Below, in pieces: positions 40,724 through 53,800 of a stretch of DNA of 64,000 nt. Both the position numbers and the translations under genes were made by a program. The stretch comes from Eledone cirrhosa (Eukaryota): contig OZ024742.1 of the NCBI GenBank assembly GCA_964016885.1, positions 115,754,001 through 115,818,000 of the forward strand. Reading direction: 5' to 3'. Position 1 is the first letter of the stretch; each line of letters opens with the position of its first letter. The notes beneath the pieces are model-generated. The model ran no database searches and had not been told where the DNA came from. It saw only the letters and a program-made list of their open reading frames with translations.

Positions 40724-42622
40724 TTACCTTACTTCTCGTTGAGGAAGGACGGTTTATCCATCCTTTTCACTGCTTGTGGCCTCCTCAGGAAGGATGTCCT
40801 TATAAATCCTCCTGGAGAGTGCTTGTCGGAAGTCTCCGATGTCTTTGGGGAATTTTTGTTTTAGTGTCATGTACGTTTTCTGTGTGATGAGAGTGATTTG
40901 TATGTGTGGAGGTGGTGTGAACTTTTGGGTTGTTGTGTAGTCTTGTTCTGTGATGTTAGTCTTCAGTTGGATGTAGTGTAATAATTGGTTGTTGTTCAAA
41001 ATTAATGCTGTGTAGTGTGGTTGTTTTGTTTTGTTTGCGTTTGTTGTGGGTTCGTTTCTGTTTCGGCTTTTGGTGACTTTGTGGTGTAGGTGATGATGAT
41101 GCTGTTGGTGTTTGGGGTGATGGGGTTGGTGATGCTCGTGTGGATCGTGGCATATCTGTCCTAACTTTTTTGTTTGATACTTTATTTGTTTCCCTCTGTA
41201 TTTTGTTTTTGGAGGGGGAAGGAAGAGAATTGTTTTCTTTTTTCCTGATACCGTTTCCCACTCCTCGCGTCACAATCTGACTCCAGTTCTGTTAGGCCGG
41301 GGAGGCGAAAATCCTCGACAGGTGTTAGTTTTGGTTGTGGCGTGGTGTATGGTGTAGGCGCTGGTGCTAGTTCTGAAGCGTTGGGTGGTGGTGGTGTTGG
41401 TTTTGCTACTGTTGCTGGGGTTGTTGCTGTTACAGTTGCTTCTGTTGTTGCTGCTACAGTTGTTGCTGCCATCTCTGCTGCTGGTGGTGTTGATGGTTGA
41501 GTCACTGGGATGGGTAGGAGAGGTGGCCTCAATCTTTTAGCCTGAGGGCAGAAAGCCCTTAGGTGGCTTCCTTCACCACAAACGACACACCTAGGCCTTC
41601 TGCCCTCGACAATTACGGTGAGGTGGCTGCAGTCAGTGAGGTCTATTACCTCTGGGATCTCCTCAATGCTTTTTTTTGTCCGCTTGAGATCAGGAGCTCC
41701 ATCCCAGATCCGGACCAGTTCTTCTGCTTTTCTTTCGCTATTTCGATTATCTTGGTGTTGGCTTCGATGCCGGCGAGGACGGCCGCTATTAGCCAGGGAA
41801 TTTCGATGGCCGGTGGAACGTAGGTGACCATGATTTTTATGAGTCTCTGGTCACAATAGCTTGGGACGAGTGTGAAGTCGTCACTTCTTAATGGGGCCAT
41901 GGAGTGTTCTCTAGCCTCCTGTGGTGTTTCAAAAAACACGTCCGCGGTTCAATCCTTCTGCCCACGTTTAATGTGGGACTTTTTAGCCCACACATGTCCC
42001 AAAGCTTTTTGGATTTGAGACTCGGATCCTCTTTCCACTCTGCGCGATTTTAAATTAATTGTTCGATAAGACACGGTGCATAGGCGCCGATGCTCCATGT
42101 TATTAGGTGGGGGTGAGGCTGACCCTGTACCCATCTTTCTTTACCATTTTGTTTGCCTTCTTCCTGAGTTACCGTAAATGCTTCGCACTGTTTTGCTACT
42201 CTGGCAAAATCGGGATGGTTTTCTTAATGTCATTGTTGCTGTTGTTGTTATCGTTATTTTTGTTATTATTAATTTTAGTTTCAGTTGTGGTGGTGGTGGC
42301 GTCAGTGGTGTTCGGTGTGGAAGAGTTCATTTTGGTTGAATTCATTTCGATATCACGAGTTAATTTATTTTTTCTTTTATTTCTGTTGTCACGATGGTGG
42401 TGGAGGTGGGGGTTGTCGCGGTGGTGGTGGTGGTTTGGCTTTAACACCTGCAGTCATTGGTAATGGCGGGAAATGAATGTGTGCCTGAGAAAAATTTAAA
42501 ATATTGCTACTGCTTATATTTTTAGTGATGGCAAACGTAGTAATATTTACAATGGTGTTGTCGGTGTTAGGTGTTAGTTCGTGAGGAAGGCTGTCAGCTT
42601 CGTGTGGCTGTGAGTCATCCAT
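40724..42622 (-). pseudogene. E1 ORF1: gag-like nucleic-acid-binding protein with CCHC zinc knuckle, frameshifted
   Basis: Low-complexity T/N/P N-terminus, core homologous to E2/E4 ORF1, CVVCGEGSHLRAFC at ~41548-41589, terminus ...REVR-TAA. Confidence 0.8.
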
Positions 42623-43146
42623 ATTTTTTTCAAAGAAAGTTTTTTTTAATAATTATAAAAGTTAAAATGTTGGGCTCAAAGCCCCACTTTTTGAGTGTCC
42701 TTTTCGGAAAACAATGTATGTGCACTTATATACAGTTAACAATAACAATTTTACGTAAATGGCAATTTTAAACAAACGAAAACTACAAACCTTTGCGGAG
42801 CTCACGATGATACGATTTACTACGTAGGTCGCCAATAATAATGATAATAATAATAATAATAATAATAATGATTTTATTTATTAGCCACAAGGGCCGACAT
42901 GTAGGGGACAATACAAAAACAGGGACAGTGGGGATTACAATAAGGTCGAGTAAAAGTGCACAATGGCAAGACTGATTTAACAATGAATATATAAAATATA
43001 AAATAAACTATGCATAAATATAACAAAATAAATTCCCCGTTAGGGTGTGGACGACCCTGGGGTGACTCGGGTACCCCACCAATCCTGAACCACCCTTCAC
43101 TTCTAGGGAACCCAGGGAGAGCACCCCTCTACTCAAATTAGCTAGC

Positions 43147-45985
43147 CTATAGGCGCATGGTCAGAGTAGGCCCATTCACACGAGCCATTCTCGCCACATT
43201 CACCCACCTTTTAGCAAATGTACTGGGGGGCAGCACCTCTCTCTCCACCATCACATTCCTTTCCATGTGAAACTTGAAGAAGTTGATGAGGGATTGGCCG
43301 AAGAGAAAAGTGTCTGTCTTCACTCCTTTTAACCTGGTCCACCATATAATCTCTTTCCCAACTGCCACCAGTCAGAGGAAAATTTCCTGAACTAAGGAAG
43401 GTGGTGGGATGATCTTCACTATGGAATCAGCCGATAGCCGGATTCGTTCCACACGCGACAGTAGCTGTTCCACATAACTCCACAAGCCAGTAATGCACAG
43501 ACATTGGACAAGTGCGTGCAGAACGGTTTCGTCAGTCTGTGCGTATCTTGGGCAGGTCCGTCTGTCAGCACTTCCCTACCTGTAGAGTTTATCCCGAACC
43601 GGCAGAGTCCCCCGGTAGCACTGCCAAGCGAGGGATTTCTGGAAATTGTCCATCGTCCCCGGCTCAAAAGTCCTCCGGTACAGACAGGTCAGTTCGACTT
43701 CGTCGAGTCCCAAAGATTCTCCGAGTGCGTCATCGCACTTGCCCACCACTGATCCTTAATAGAACTCGAGAGTGGAAGTTCCACTGATTGCATTGCCCGC
43801 TTAACGCATGTCTGCGCATCATTAGCTACGGCATGCCCAGCCCTCCGCGTAGAGGGTGCTGGCAGCAGATGGAACGCCTTACCAACGAAACTTGTCCCCT
43901 CCACAAGATTTTGAAGAGGAGCCGTTCTAACTTGACGAGGCGCGGACGGGGTCAAGGCACGACGGTCAGGCGGTAGTAGATGACGAACGTGATGTACGCA
44001 TTCGCCACCTCCACGCGACCTTTCAGTGATAACTTCCTCTCAGCCCATTTTTGGGTGAGACTGGCTACTCTGCTCGTTACCTCGTCCCAATTCTTTTCCA
44101 CCTGGAGGTCTGGTCCGAACCAAACCCCGAGCAACTTTACCGGTCCGTCCGTCCAGCGCCCCACGACGCTGTTGGACGACATGGGATTGCCTCTCCAGGT
44201 TCCGAGCTGCAAGCCCACCGACTTTTCCGGGTTAAGTTTGACTCCTGTCAACCTTTCATATTCCTTCAATAGGGTGCCGACAAGCTCGATTTCTGAGGTG
44301 TTCGACACCGTCATGGTGATGTGGTCCGAATAAGCCGGCACCGCCTTTCCACGTCCCGGTTAGAGCGGGATGCCCTGAAACAGCTCCAGCTTCTGCAGTA
44401 AAGGCTCGAGAGTAAATACGTACAGAAGGGAAGAGAGAGGGCACCCTTGACGTACCGATCGGGAGAGCCGAAATGGTTCCGGGAGGTGGCCATTAACCTT
44501 GACCACCGAGCGTGTGCCGCTGTGCATTGCAGCGATCCAGCTTCTGAAGACTGGGCCGAAGTCAGCTGCTTTGAGGACAAACTCCAGATACCGATGGTCG
44601 ACCCTATCGAATGCTTTCGAATGATCTAAATTGATCAGTGCCCCACCGAAGCCAGGTTTACACCCTGGCCTCTCTATGATGTATCGCATGAGGTGGAGAT
44701 TGTCATTTACGGACCTGGCTGCGATTGCGCCTTCCCAACGAGATCCTCAACGACAAGTGCCAATCTCTTTGCTAACACCTTGGCCAAAATGTTAAACTCA
44801 CACATCCGCTTGGAATCGCTTATCTCGTGTCCGTCACGGTTCGCCAAAGACCGAATTTTGGTTTTATTACCACGCTGCGCCTCCGCCACGCGGGCCCATC
44901 GAACAGCTTTGTTTCCCTCGTTTCTCAGCGCACGCGCCTTAGCTCTGACAATGCAACCTTCGTGTTTCGCATTGAAGAAATGGTCTAATGCCATTCTCGC
45001 CGCTAGCACGTCAGTTGCAATGCCACTACAAATAGCCTCGTCTAACTTATATACCAGCTCCCCCTCCTTTCTATTTTTCTCTATTGCTAGTTCTTTGCTG
45101 AAATCTATCGAAGTTACTCTAATCTCTCTTTTGAGAGCCTCCCACCATCTGTCGTTGATGATCCCCCCCTGTCAACTTTTGCTTAACTAAATTGTTGACG
45201 CTGTCCCTGTAAGCCTTACGTGCCGGAAATGACATGTTCAGCTTCCAGTAACACGGTCCTTACCTACGCGTTTTATCTAGGTCAACCGTACAGATCATAA
45301 ATTTGTGAACTGAATAGGCGACCGTTTTGAAAGGTGGGCAGCCCACACTATTTCCATCTATTTTCCTAATGAAGACCCTGTCGATATACGATCGAGATGA
45401 CACCATTCGGTTGGTTCTTGTCCATACTGGCACATTGGGGAAATCTAGTCGATACTCGTCAGACAGTTGGAACTGGCTGAGTAGGTACTTGAGGCTTTTG
45501 CACCACCCTCTCCTATCTGCTACTCCCACACAATCCCAGCGTGCGTCTAAGATGCCATTCCAATCCACGGCTAAGAGTAAAGGGCGAGACGTACCCAGAA
45601 AGTTCTCCAGGCGCCTAAAGAAATCCAGTCGTCCGGCATCTGTAGGGGCGTAGACGACCAGCTGTCTAAAGGCACCACCTTCGCTACTCCTCACATCCAA
45701 GACCACCAACTTACCGTCCGGGTCCCGGAAGATCGACCTTACCTCGAGATCCAGTCCTTTCCTAAACAGCACTGCCACCCCACCCCACATTCCCAGCCTG
45801 CTAACAGATGTGAAGATGTGATACTCGTCGAATATGGGGGCTAGTGCGCGCGTGTCGGAAATTCTGGTCTCGCTGACGGCAATCACTTTCATTTTTAACG
45901 ACCTGTCGTCGTTGAGCAGGCGATCCTGCTTCCAGGGTGACCCCAGGCCGCAAACATTTAAACTTCCTACTCTTAATATGGCCAT
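43147..45985 (-). pseudogene. E2 ORF2: AP endonuclease plus reverse transcriptase
   Basis: MAILRVGSLNVCG, VSET, VYAPT, SYIDRVF, DHSKAFDRVDH, VRQGCPLS; an internal deletion near 44800 joins KRMCE to FNILAKVLA. Confidence 0.9.
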
Positions 45986-46018
45986 TTTGGTAAGCTAAGA
46001 GAGATAGGGAAGGTTTAC

Positions 46019-47900
46019 TTACCTCCCGGGGTCTTGTGAAGGTCGGGTGATTCGACCTCTATGTTTGGTGCGATTTATTTTGGGAACCTCTTTAAAAGTC
46101 TCGATGTGGGTTCCCACGCCTTCAGGAAAGCTCTCTCGAATTTCTTTGAAGGAATTGAGTGATATTCGGACTAGAAGCAAATCTTCTGGCACGCAAAATG
46201 TGCTCATTTCAAAAATCTCCCCCTCTGTTTGAATGTCCTCACTTCGTTCTAAGGGGACCATCAGTTTATCGTTGGCCCTTCTGACAAGCACGAAGTTTTT
46301 AACATTTTGTTGGTGTGCTTTTATTTGTTTTCGTTTTGGTGACCGTGGTGGTGATTGTTTTGGTGGTCTTGTTTCGGGTATGTCTGTGTTTGCTGTAGGT
46401 GTGGTGTCTGCAATTTTAGGTATTTGTGTGTTTATTTGTACTTGTGTTTGTTTAGGTTGTTTGCGTATCGGGGATTGTGGAGGTGGTGTCTATGTTGCTG
46501 TTGGTGCTGATGTTATTGGGGAAGTGTTTGCTGTATTTTTTGTTGTGTATATGTTTGTGTATTATGGGGCTTTTTTTTTGTGAGTTTTCTCTGTTTTTTT
46601 GGCACTTTTGGGTTTTCCTTCATCTTCGCTGCTGGAAGACAAAGGGTCTGTGGCTATGAGTGTCTCTGTGTCTGTCTGTGCGTTTAGTGTTTTGTCTATG
46701 TGTATAATTAGGGTGATAGGGGGAGTGGGAGAGCTTTCCCCTTGGATTGGTTTTGGTGTTGGTGGTGATCCGGCTGTTTTAGATGTTGTTGTCCGTGGCT
46801 TTGTTGGTGTTGTTTTTGGTGGTGCTGGTGATGCAGCTTTCCGTGCTGACACTGGCGTTGGCAACAAAGGAGGTTTGCGACCCCTGCATGTTTGCGCTGA
46901 GGGCAGAAGGCTTGAAGATGCGTTGCTTCCCCGCAGACGAAGCAGCGTGGCCTTCTTCCGTCAATGATTAGTTGGATTGTTGTCCCGTCCTGCAGGCGGA
47001 CAAAATCAGGGATGTTGTTCATGTCCTCCGGTTTCATTTGGAGAAGCATGTCCAAATCCATTCCGGACCAGTCCTCTCTCTCTGTCCTTTTGATATCCAA
47101 GAGGTTAGTGTCTGCCACCTCCTCGATTACGCATCCTAGCAGCCACCATATGTTCATTCCTGGTGGGATGCTGGGAATGTGGACCTTTACTGTCCTTTTA
47201 CCCATGTAGGACGGATGCATGATAATGCGTTCCGTTCTGCAGGGGGTCACCGATTTCTGAATAGCGAGGGCCTCGGTTTTGAACATTACCAAGATGGTAC
47301 CGAACTGTTTGCCTCTTGCTTTATACTCTATGTTACTTCCGATGTACTCCAAAGCAGCCTCGACCTCTGCTTGGTTGGCAAGTTCCACTTTTCGTGTCTG
47401 CACCGAAATGCATCGAAAGTACACCGTCCTCCTTTGCATGGCCGCTATTGCCTCGTCCGGATGGTCAGGTTTGCCCAGGACTTCTCCCGTTTAATTAGCC
47501 TCCACGCTTGGGCTAACTGTTCGTCTTTATCGCTAATATCAATATCAATATTCAATAAGCGCTTTGTTTTTGCTGCTGCTGAAGCAAATATGGTGCTTCC
47601 GATGCTCTTGTTGTTGGTGTTGTCATTCTTGCTGTTGTTATTGGTGTTGTTGTTGTTGATGCTGTTGCCACCGCCATCCGTGTTTACATTGAAACTGTCG
47701 GTGTAATTGTCGTTATTGCTCTGAGTTATTGTTGTTGTGGTGGTGGTGGTGTTGGTGGTGGCGGTGGTGGTGGTGATGTCGTTTTCAGATGATACTGCTG
47801 CTATCATAGAAGGTTGTGATGGTAGCTTTTGAGCTTTGTCTTCACATTCAGTAGAGTGGACGACAGGCATGACTGTAGCCGACAGTCGTGGTGAAACCAA
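46019..47900 (-). pseudogene. E2 ORF1 with CCHC zinc knuckle
   Basis: IIDGRRPRCFVCGEATHLQAFC (CX2CX4HX4C); T/N-rich N-terminus; terminates QDPGR-TAA. Confidence 0.85.
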
Positions 47901-48371
47901 CAGTGGCTGCCGTTAATCTTTTGACCTGAACGTTGTTTACCGTTTCAAGATCGAACATTTCCATATTTTGTTTTGGTGGGGAAGCGATATTTTTTCGAAT
48001 TTTTTTTTAAATAAATCTGAATATTCGGGCTTAAAGCCCGAATATTGAGAGGTATCCCTTTCTTTAAATCAAGATGTGTACCTTAAGTTTCGTTAACGAC
48101 AAGAAAATACGAAAAATGACACTTTAAAACATCTTAAAGTTACGAACCTTTTTCCCCCGCAGATTTCTACTGTCTTCACACATGTGCGTCCTTAATAATA
48201 ATAATAATAATAATATTACTACTACTACTACTAGCCGGTATCTGGAAAATATAGGATTTAATACCTCTGAGCGGTCGTTGGAAAATTATTTTCTCGTCTT
48301 TCAAGGATTTTCGTCATATTTTATAAGCTGTTTTTATAGTACTTCTGCGCTTCAGCGCTTTCGTTATATTC

Positions 48372-48545
48372 AAATGAAGCTACGGAGTAAAGGATTCGCG
48401 TTAATCTCTGTGATTTAATGAGCTAAAGGAAATGTTCCGGGCTCTTCAGAATATAATATAGAGAGGTGAGAATACACGAAACGAATGTGGTGGGCTCATT
48501 AAATTACAGGGATTAACGCGAGTCCTTTACTCCGTTGCTTCATTT
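48372..48545. repeat. Inverted repeat with 52-bp arms and 70-nt spacer (MITE-like)
   Basis: 48372-48423 is the reverse complement of 48494-48545 with about 4 mismatches. Confidence 0.85.
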
Positions 48546-49686
48546 CATAATTTAGCTCATTACAAATTTCTCTGTTTGTAGAGCCCAATTCAATTTGAAT
48601 GGTCATACGCTGCAATTTCTAGCTGTCTTATTTTCCCATTCAGACCACTGGCTGCGGTCTGAAGCACGTATTTTTCCTTTTCTCCCCCCACGTGCTGGCG
48701 ACTAGATACCTAATTTCTATTGGAAGTGCAAGACATATTTTCTGAAATACCTGCTGATGAATTATGACAAATGCCACTCTCTATTTTAATAAAAGAGTCC
48801 CACATGGAACTGTACAGGTGTGATAGTTATAAATGTACGTTTTCCATTTTAATTAATCTGTTTGATTACAATGTATTTCCTGTACGTCTCGCAGTTGTTA
48901 AGTGTTTCCCTCTGATGGCAATACACCCCTGTAATGAAACATTACACATTCCTTTCGCGTATTCTCGCCTCTGTATATTATATATATTTTTGTTTTTCAT
49001 TATTTTATTTTATTTTTTCTCTAGGAATTCCGATAATTTCTTTGTAAGCAAATGTTTTGCATTGGCACATAACGGACTGCCCTGTGTCACCAAATTGACC
49101 ACTTGCCCTCAGGCAAGCTCACGACCTGGCCAGTCAACCACTGACCACTACACTACGCTTTTTACTGATATTGCCAAAACAGCCAGTTTTACCATTAATA
49201 CCAACACAACTATTAATTTTCTTACTACGTTTGCTACACATGGTGGTATGGCTGATGAGATCGATGTTTCTCTTGTCTGCACCTACTTCTATAACATATG
49301 ATTTTTGTTTTATTATAATTACTAGATTCAACTCAGTTTATTCTATGACGCAATCGAACTTGAATTGTACGTTTAGGATTTCGATATATAATAGTTCCTG
49401 AAATTTGACATTACATAACGATCTACAAAAACATAGAAGGCAAGAGTTATTTTTTCCAAACATCGCATTCGTATGATTTCAATAGATATATTATATGAAT
49501 TGTTTACTTATCGGTGAAAGAATCTATAAACATAACGAAAGCCGAGATGGGTGTCTTTCAATATTTTCCATTCTCTAAGTGTATGCAAAAAAAGCAAAAA
49601 TAAACCAGTCCACTTTGTCCGACACATCTGCTGGAAATATTAAATATATTGATCACACATGAACAGATTAGATAGAAAACAAACCC

Positions 49687-49747
<61 letters not shown>

Positions 49748-49813
49748 TGTGTGGGTGTGTATTAAATATATAGATCATACATAAATGTATTAGATAGCTA
49801 TCACCCTACCCAC

Positions 49814-49864
<51 letters not shown>

Positions 49865-49869
<5 letters not shown>

Positions 49870-50076
49870 ACGTATGGATACACCGAACATTTATTATAGT
49901 GCTCGGTGTGTTTGTAAACAAACATCCCGTATTAAGCCGTAGTGTCCAGTAACCATCGTTGCTCGTTTGTTCAACACTGACAAAAGAACGATGTATTCGT
50001 TTCAAGCCTATTAGCTATCGTAAGCAACGTATACCTTCCTGCCAAATTGTTGAACATATATACTTACCTTATGCAT
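49865..50076 (+). repeat. Extra direct copy of the internal part of the adjacent foldback
   Basis: Close match to 50288-50500. Confidence 0.85.
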
Positions 50077-50141
50077 ATTAACGGCTGAGTAGCCCGATTT
50101 GCATATCGAGTGGGTTAATCGTTCGGGCGCACCGAAAACGA

Positions 50142-50788
50142 TAAACGGAAAAATGAAATGAAATTTCATTTCCCACTCTTAGTACGGCTGTTACTTAAAT
50201 ATAAGTATGTACACGTACATACATTTATGTATACAGACGTACAGTAGTATGTATATATTTATATACATATATACACACATATATATATATGTACGTATGG
50301 ATTCACCGAACATTTATTATAATGCTCGGTGTGTTTGTAAACAAACATCCCGTATTAAGCCGTAGTGTCCAGCAACCAACGCTGCTCGTTTGTTCAACAC
50401 TGACAAAAGAACGCTGTACTAGTTTCAAGCTTATTAGCTATCATCAGCAACGTATACCTTCCAGCCAGATTGTTGAACGTATATACTTACCTTATGCATA
50501 AGCTTGAAACTAGTACAGCGTTCCGTTGTCAGTGTTGAAAAAACGAGCAACGATGGTTGCTGGACACTACGGCTTAATACGGTATGTTTGTTTACAAACA
50601 CACCGAGCATTATAATACATGTTCGGTGAATCAATACGTATATATATATGTGTGTGCATGTATGTATATATTTATACATACTACTGTACGTCTGTATACA
50701 TATATGTATGTACGTGTACATACTTATATTTAAGTAACAGCCGTACTAAGAGTGGGAAATGAAATTTCGTTTCATATTCTTCCGTTTA
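50142..50788. mobile_element. Foldback element with ~290-bp inverted arms and ~63-nt spacer
   Basis: 50142-50434 is the reverse complement of 50498-50788; same family as 19805-20210. Confidence 0.88.
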
Positions 50789-50792
50789 AATA

Positions 50793-50866
<74 letters not shown>

Positions 50867-53800
50867 AGTGTGTGTGTTCTCGTTACTACATTGTACTTTT
50901 ATTGCGTCAAATCTGTTCATGATAAAGTGCATTAGGGCAAGACCACACGCCATATTGCAACGCAATGTATTTGCTGAGATGTGAATGAGTGGCTTATTCT
51001 CTGGTTTTAATGTTGTTTACTTACATAACGTAGACATGCAGCAAATTTGTAAAACATGAATTAGAACAACACGATAGGAAACATTTTTCTAACATGATAC
51101 AACTTCCCTATTCTGTCATGTCTGATTTTCAGAACGGATGCCACAGTATTGAGGCAGGAAAATGAAACGTTTTAATCTGATATGTAACGTGTACCATTAA
51201 ATGACAAAGGTCACTGGTGAATGTATATGAAAACATTGTTTATAGAGTCATTATACAATGCTTCTGTTAGGAATATGAGCGCACGATGTCATTCAACATG
51301 TGTGGAGTTATTTATCGTCGACCGTATTAACTGTCTCTTCCATGAAAATATCTTCAACGAAATTGAGTCCAGGTATTTATTCGACAACTGAAGATGATCC
51401 TGTATTTGTCTTCCAGATAAAGCATTTGTTGATAATTGATTTTTATAACTTAATCAGAATTCCTTCTGTGGTAATTGGATTCGGGACAATCGTTCTCATA
51501 TAAAAAAAAAAATATATATATATATATATCACTTCGTGATAGCATCAGCAGGGAACCCAATAAAGGCACATATGAACGATATGAGGAAAATCATCCCTGT
51601 GAGTAATTACGTTTACCACTAAAATGCAGATAGATTTCCTTTGACCTGTTTTCGCACAATTTCCAGGATGAGGCTTCGATTATCACCGTGCAATGGTAAA
51701 ATACATATTAGCAATGTGAATTACAGTGTAGTCGATCCTGTAACCATTTGAAAATGACGAAAACGTTAACCTAACCTCAAAGATTTGCATACGCTCGTGT
51801 TATGCTCTACTCAACCATTATGTTTTCGAGAAGTACATATGTCAAAATATTCACATAAAAGTGGTATCACTACTCTCCTCCATGCTATATCCATTAACAA
51901 TACGAAAACTACTATCTCAGGAAACAAGGATGCTATGAATAATGCTATTATTGTTATTGGTACGAGGTCTCCTCTTTAGTATGTATATATTTGATTTACA
52001 TATTTCTATCAGTTTATCGAATCGTTTGATTTTCTTGCTATCATCATGTGACTTATTCCTAGATATTTAACTTATTTCTAAATCAATAGCAAAATCATGT
52101 TCAGACACTAATCCATATAGACCCACTAGTAGCTTACTGGATAATTATAGCCCAGGAATATATAAGTGTATTAACAATAACTCATGCTGGACATATTGAG
52201 CTGTAATCAAAGATGACCTTGTCTATTAGTTTTCATACATATTCACCATTATTTAAATATTTATCATAACAGTGACAATAAAACTGAGCTAACTCTGATT
52301 GACGCATCTACTGCCTTGAATGGAAGATTTCATTTATGTTTATTAAACATAATTGATGATCTCTTGGCCACAGAGAAATATAAGACATATTACATTTCCT
52401 TATATTACACTCACATGTATTAATAAAACCTAAATATTGAATAAATGATTAATGTATCCTAAAACAAAATATAAAATCGTCATCGCTCGTCCATCCACCA
52501 TCATTTGGCTCCAGGATCAGGTGTGGTCTTGTAGCTAAAGCTAAATAAGAACAACAATAATTGGCACCTTGCATCTCTTTTTTGTTGTACCAATGTAAAT
52601 TACCAGACTTGAAAGCACTTCAGTAAAATGCTCTCCGCGGTTTTACAGGATTTGTTTGGGATATTGGATCCTGTCATTTTTGTAGACCTCATGAAAACAT
52701 TGCACGTAATGCATTATCTGTAACAATTTTTGGCCGCATTCAGCCAACTTTATTTCTAACTGTACAATAACCATGGTTGGGATTGAATAACTGATGCAAT
52801 GCAGGTAGTACTACTCGAGATATATTTCTATTGTATTTAGTTCTAAATTAATAGTCGTTTCTAGTTCATTGTCAACGCTGGAGATGTAATCATTGATGCC
52901 CTGGCAACCGAGATGAAGATTAATCATGGGTCATCCTAGGAAACCAAGCATATCAGACAAGGCAAAGTTTAACGTAATACCAACGGCTACTTACTTGAAG
53001 ATGCAAAGTGTAGATGCTTGGGACAATTGGTAGATCTGTACAAAACTATATTTTGTTTTACTTAGTTTCATTCAGTTGCACTCTCATTTCAAAACTCTGC
53101 AGACGTTATCGCTGAGATAGATTTCTAAGCGATGGATCTAAAGGGGATGCAGTGAAATATTCAATAGTATAGCTAGAAAATTTGAAGAACGCAAGATTTC
53201 ATCAATCCATTTCAACTCAACAAATTCAAAGACGTCTGGATATTTCATATACAAATATAATTCTTTTATTTCCAAAAGATAGATAAATATTAGAAAGAAA
53301 GACAAAAGCAAAATCAAGAAATGAGAACATGGTGAAGGGATAAGAAAGGGCAGATCTGTCTGTATGGGAAAGTAGAGAAAATGGCTATGAAACCGATAAA
53401 TGAGTACAAGGTGGATTAACAAGGACTCTGGGGCTACAGAAGGACGGAAGGAGAAATAGGGGAGGGTGATGGCCTATGGGCCTTGCGAGTCGTAGTATTG
53501 GGGCTGCGAGCTCATTGTAAAGTGTTCCGTGGTGTAATGGGTCCACTATTGCTTTTGTGAAACATATTAGTGATGATAACGGATGGAGGGGGGGGGGGGG
53601 GTAATCATCGTTGTCGTTGCCATCGTAATGATGACGGGAACACATACCAATTGGTTAAATATATACATTCTTTTTCCGAGACTTAACTGAATAAAATAAA
53701 AATTTACAAACCCTCTTGTCTATCATTTCAGTTATCCCTTCCTTCCCTTGGGACGTCTTTCATTATGTTATACGATATCTTGACTATATGGTGAGCGGCT

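Larger units (their letters stand above)
37047..42833 (-). mobile_element. Full-length Tx1/L1-clade non-LTR retrotransposon E1 (~5.8 kb)
   Basis: 5'UTR, ORF1, ORF2 (APE-RT-Cys/His motif) and 3'UTR ending CCCTTGTGGTTAATAAATAAAG; (AAT)n on both sides. Confidence 0.93.
42870..48192 (-). mobile_element. Full-length Tx1-clade element E2 (divergent subfamily, with internal deletions)
   Basis: Own 5'UTR, ORF1 and ORF2; 3' end CCCTTGTGGCTAATAAATAAAA similar to E1; (AAT)n at 42834-42869 and 48193-48214. Confidence 0.92.

Noticed and set aside
48771-49301. 176-aa plus-strand ORF
   Set aside because: No recognisable motif and an AT-rich random-like composition; a host exon cannot be supported.
51200-53300. 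Microsatellite-poor stretch that might be a decayed DNA transposase or host exons (similarly 8500-10000)
   Set aside because: No continuous frame, TIR or motif I could identify; needs tBLASTx.
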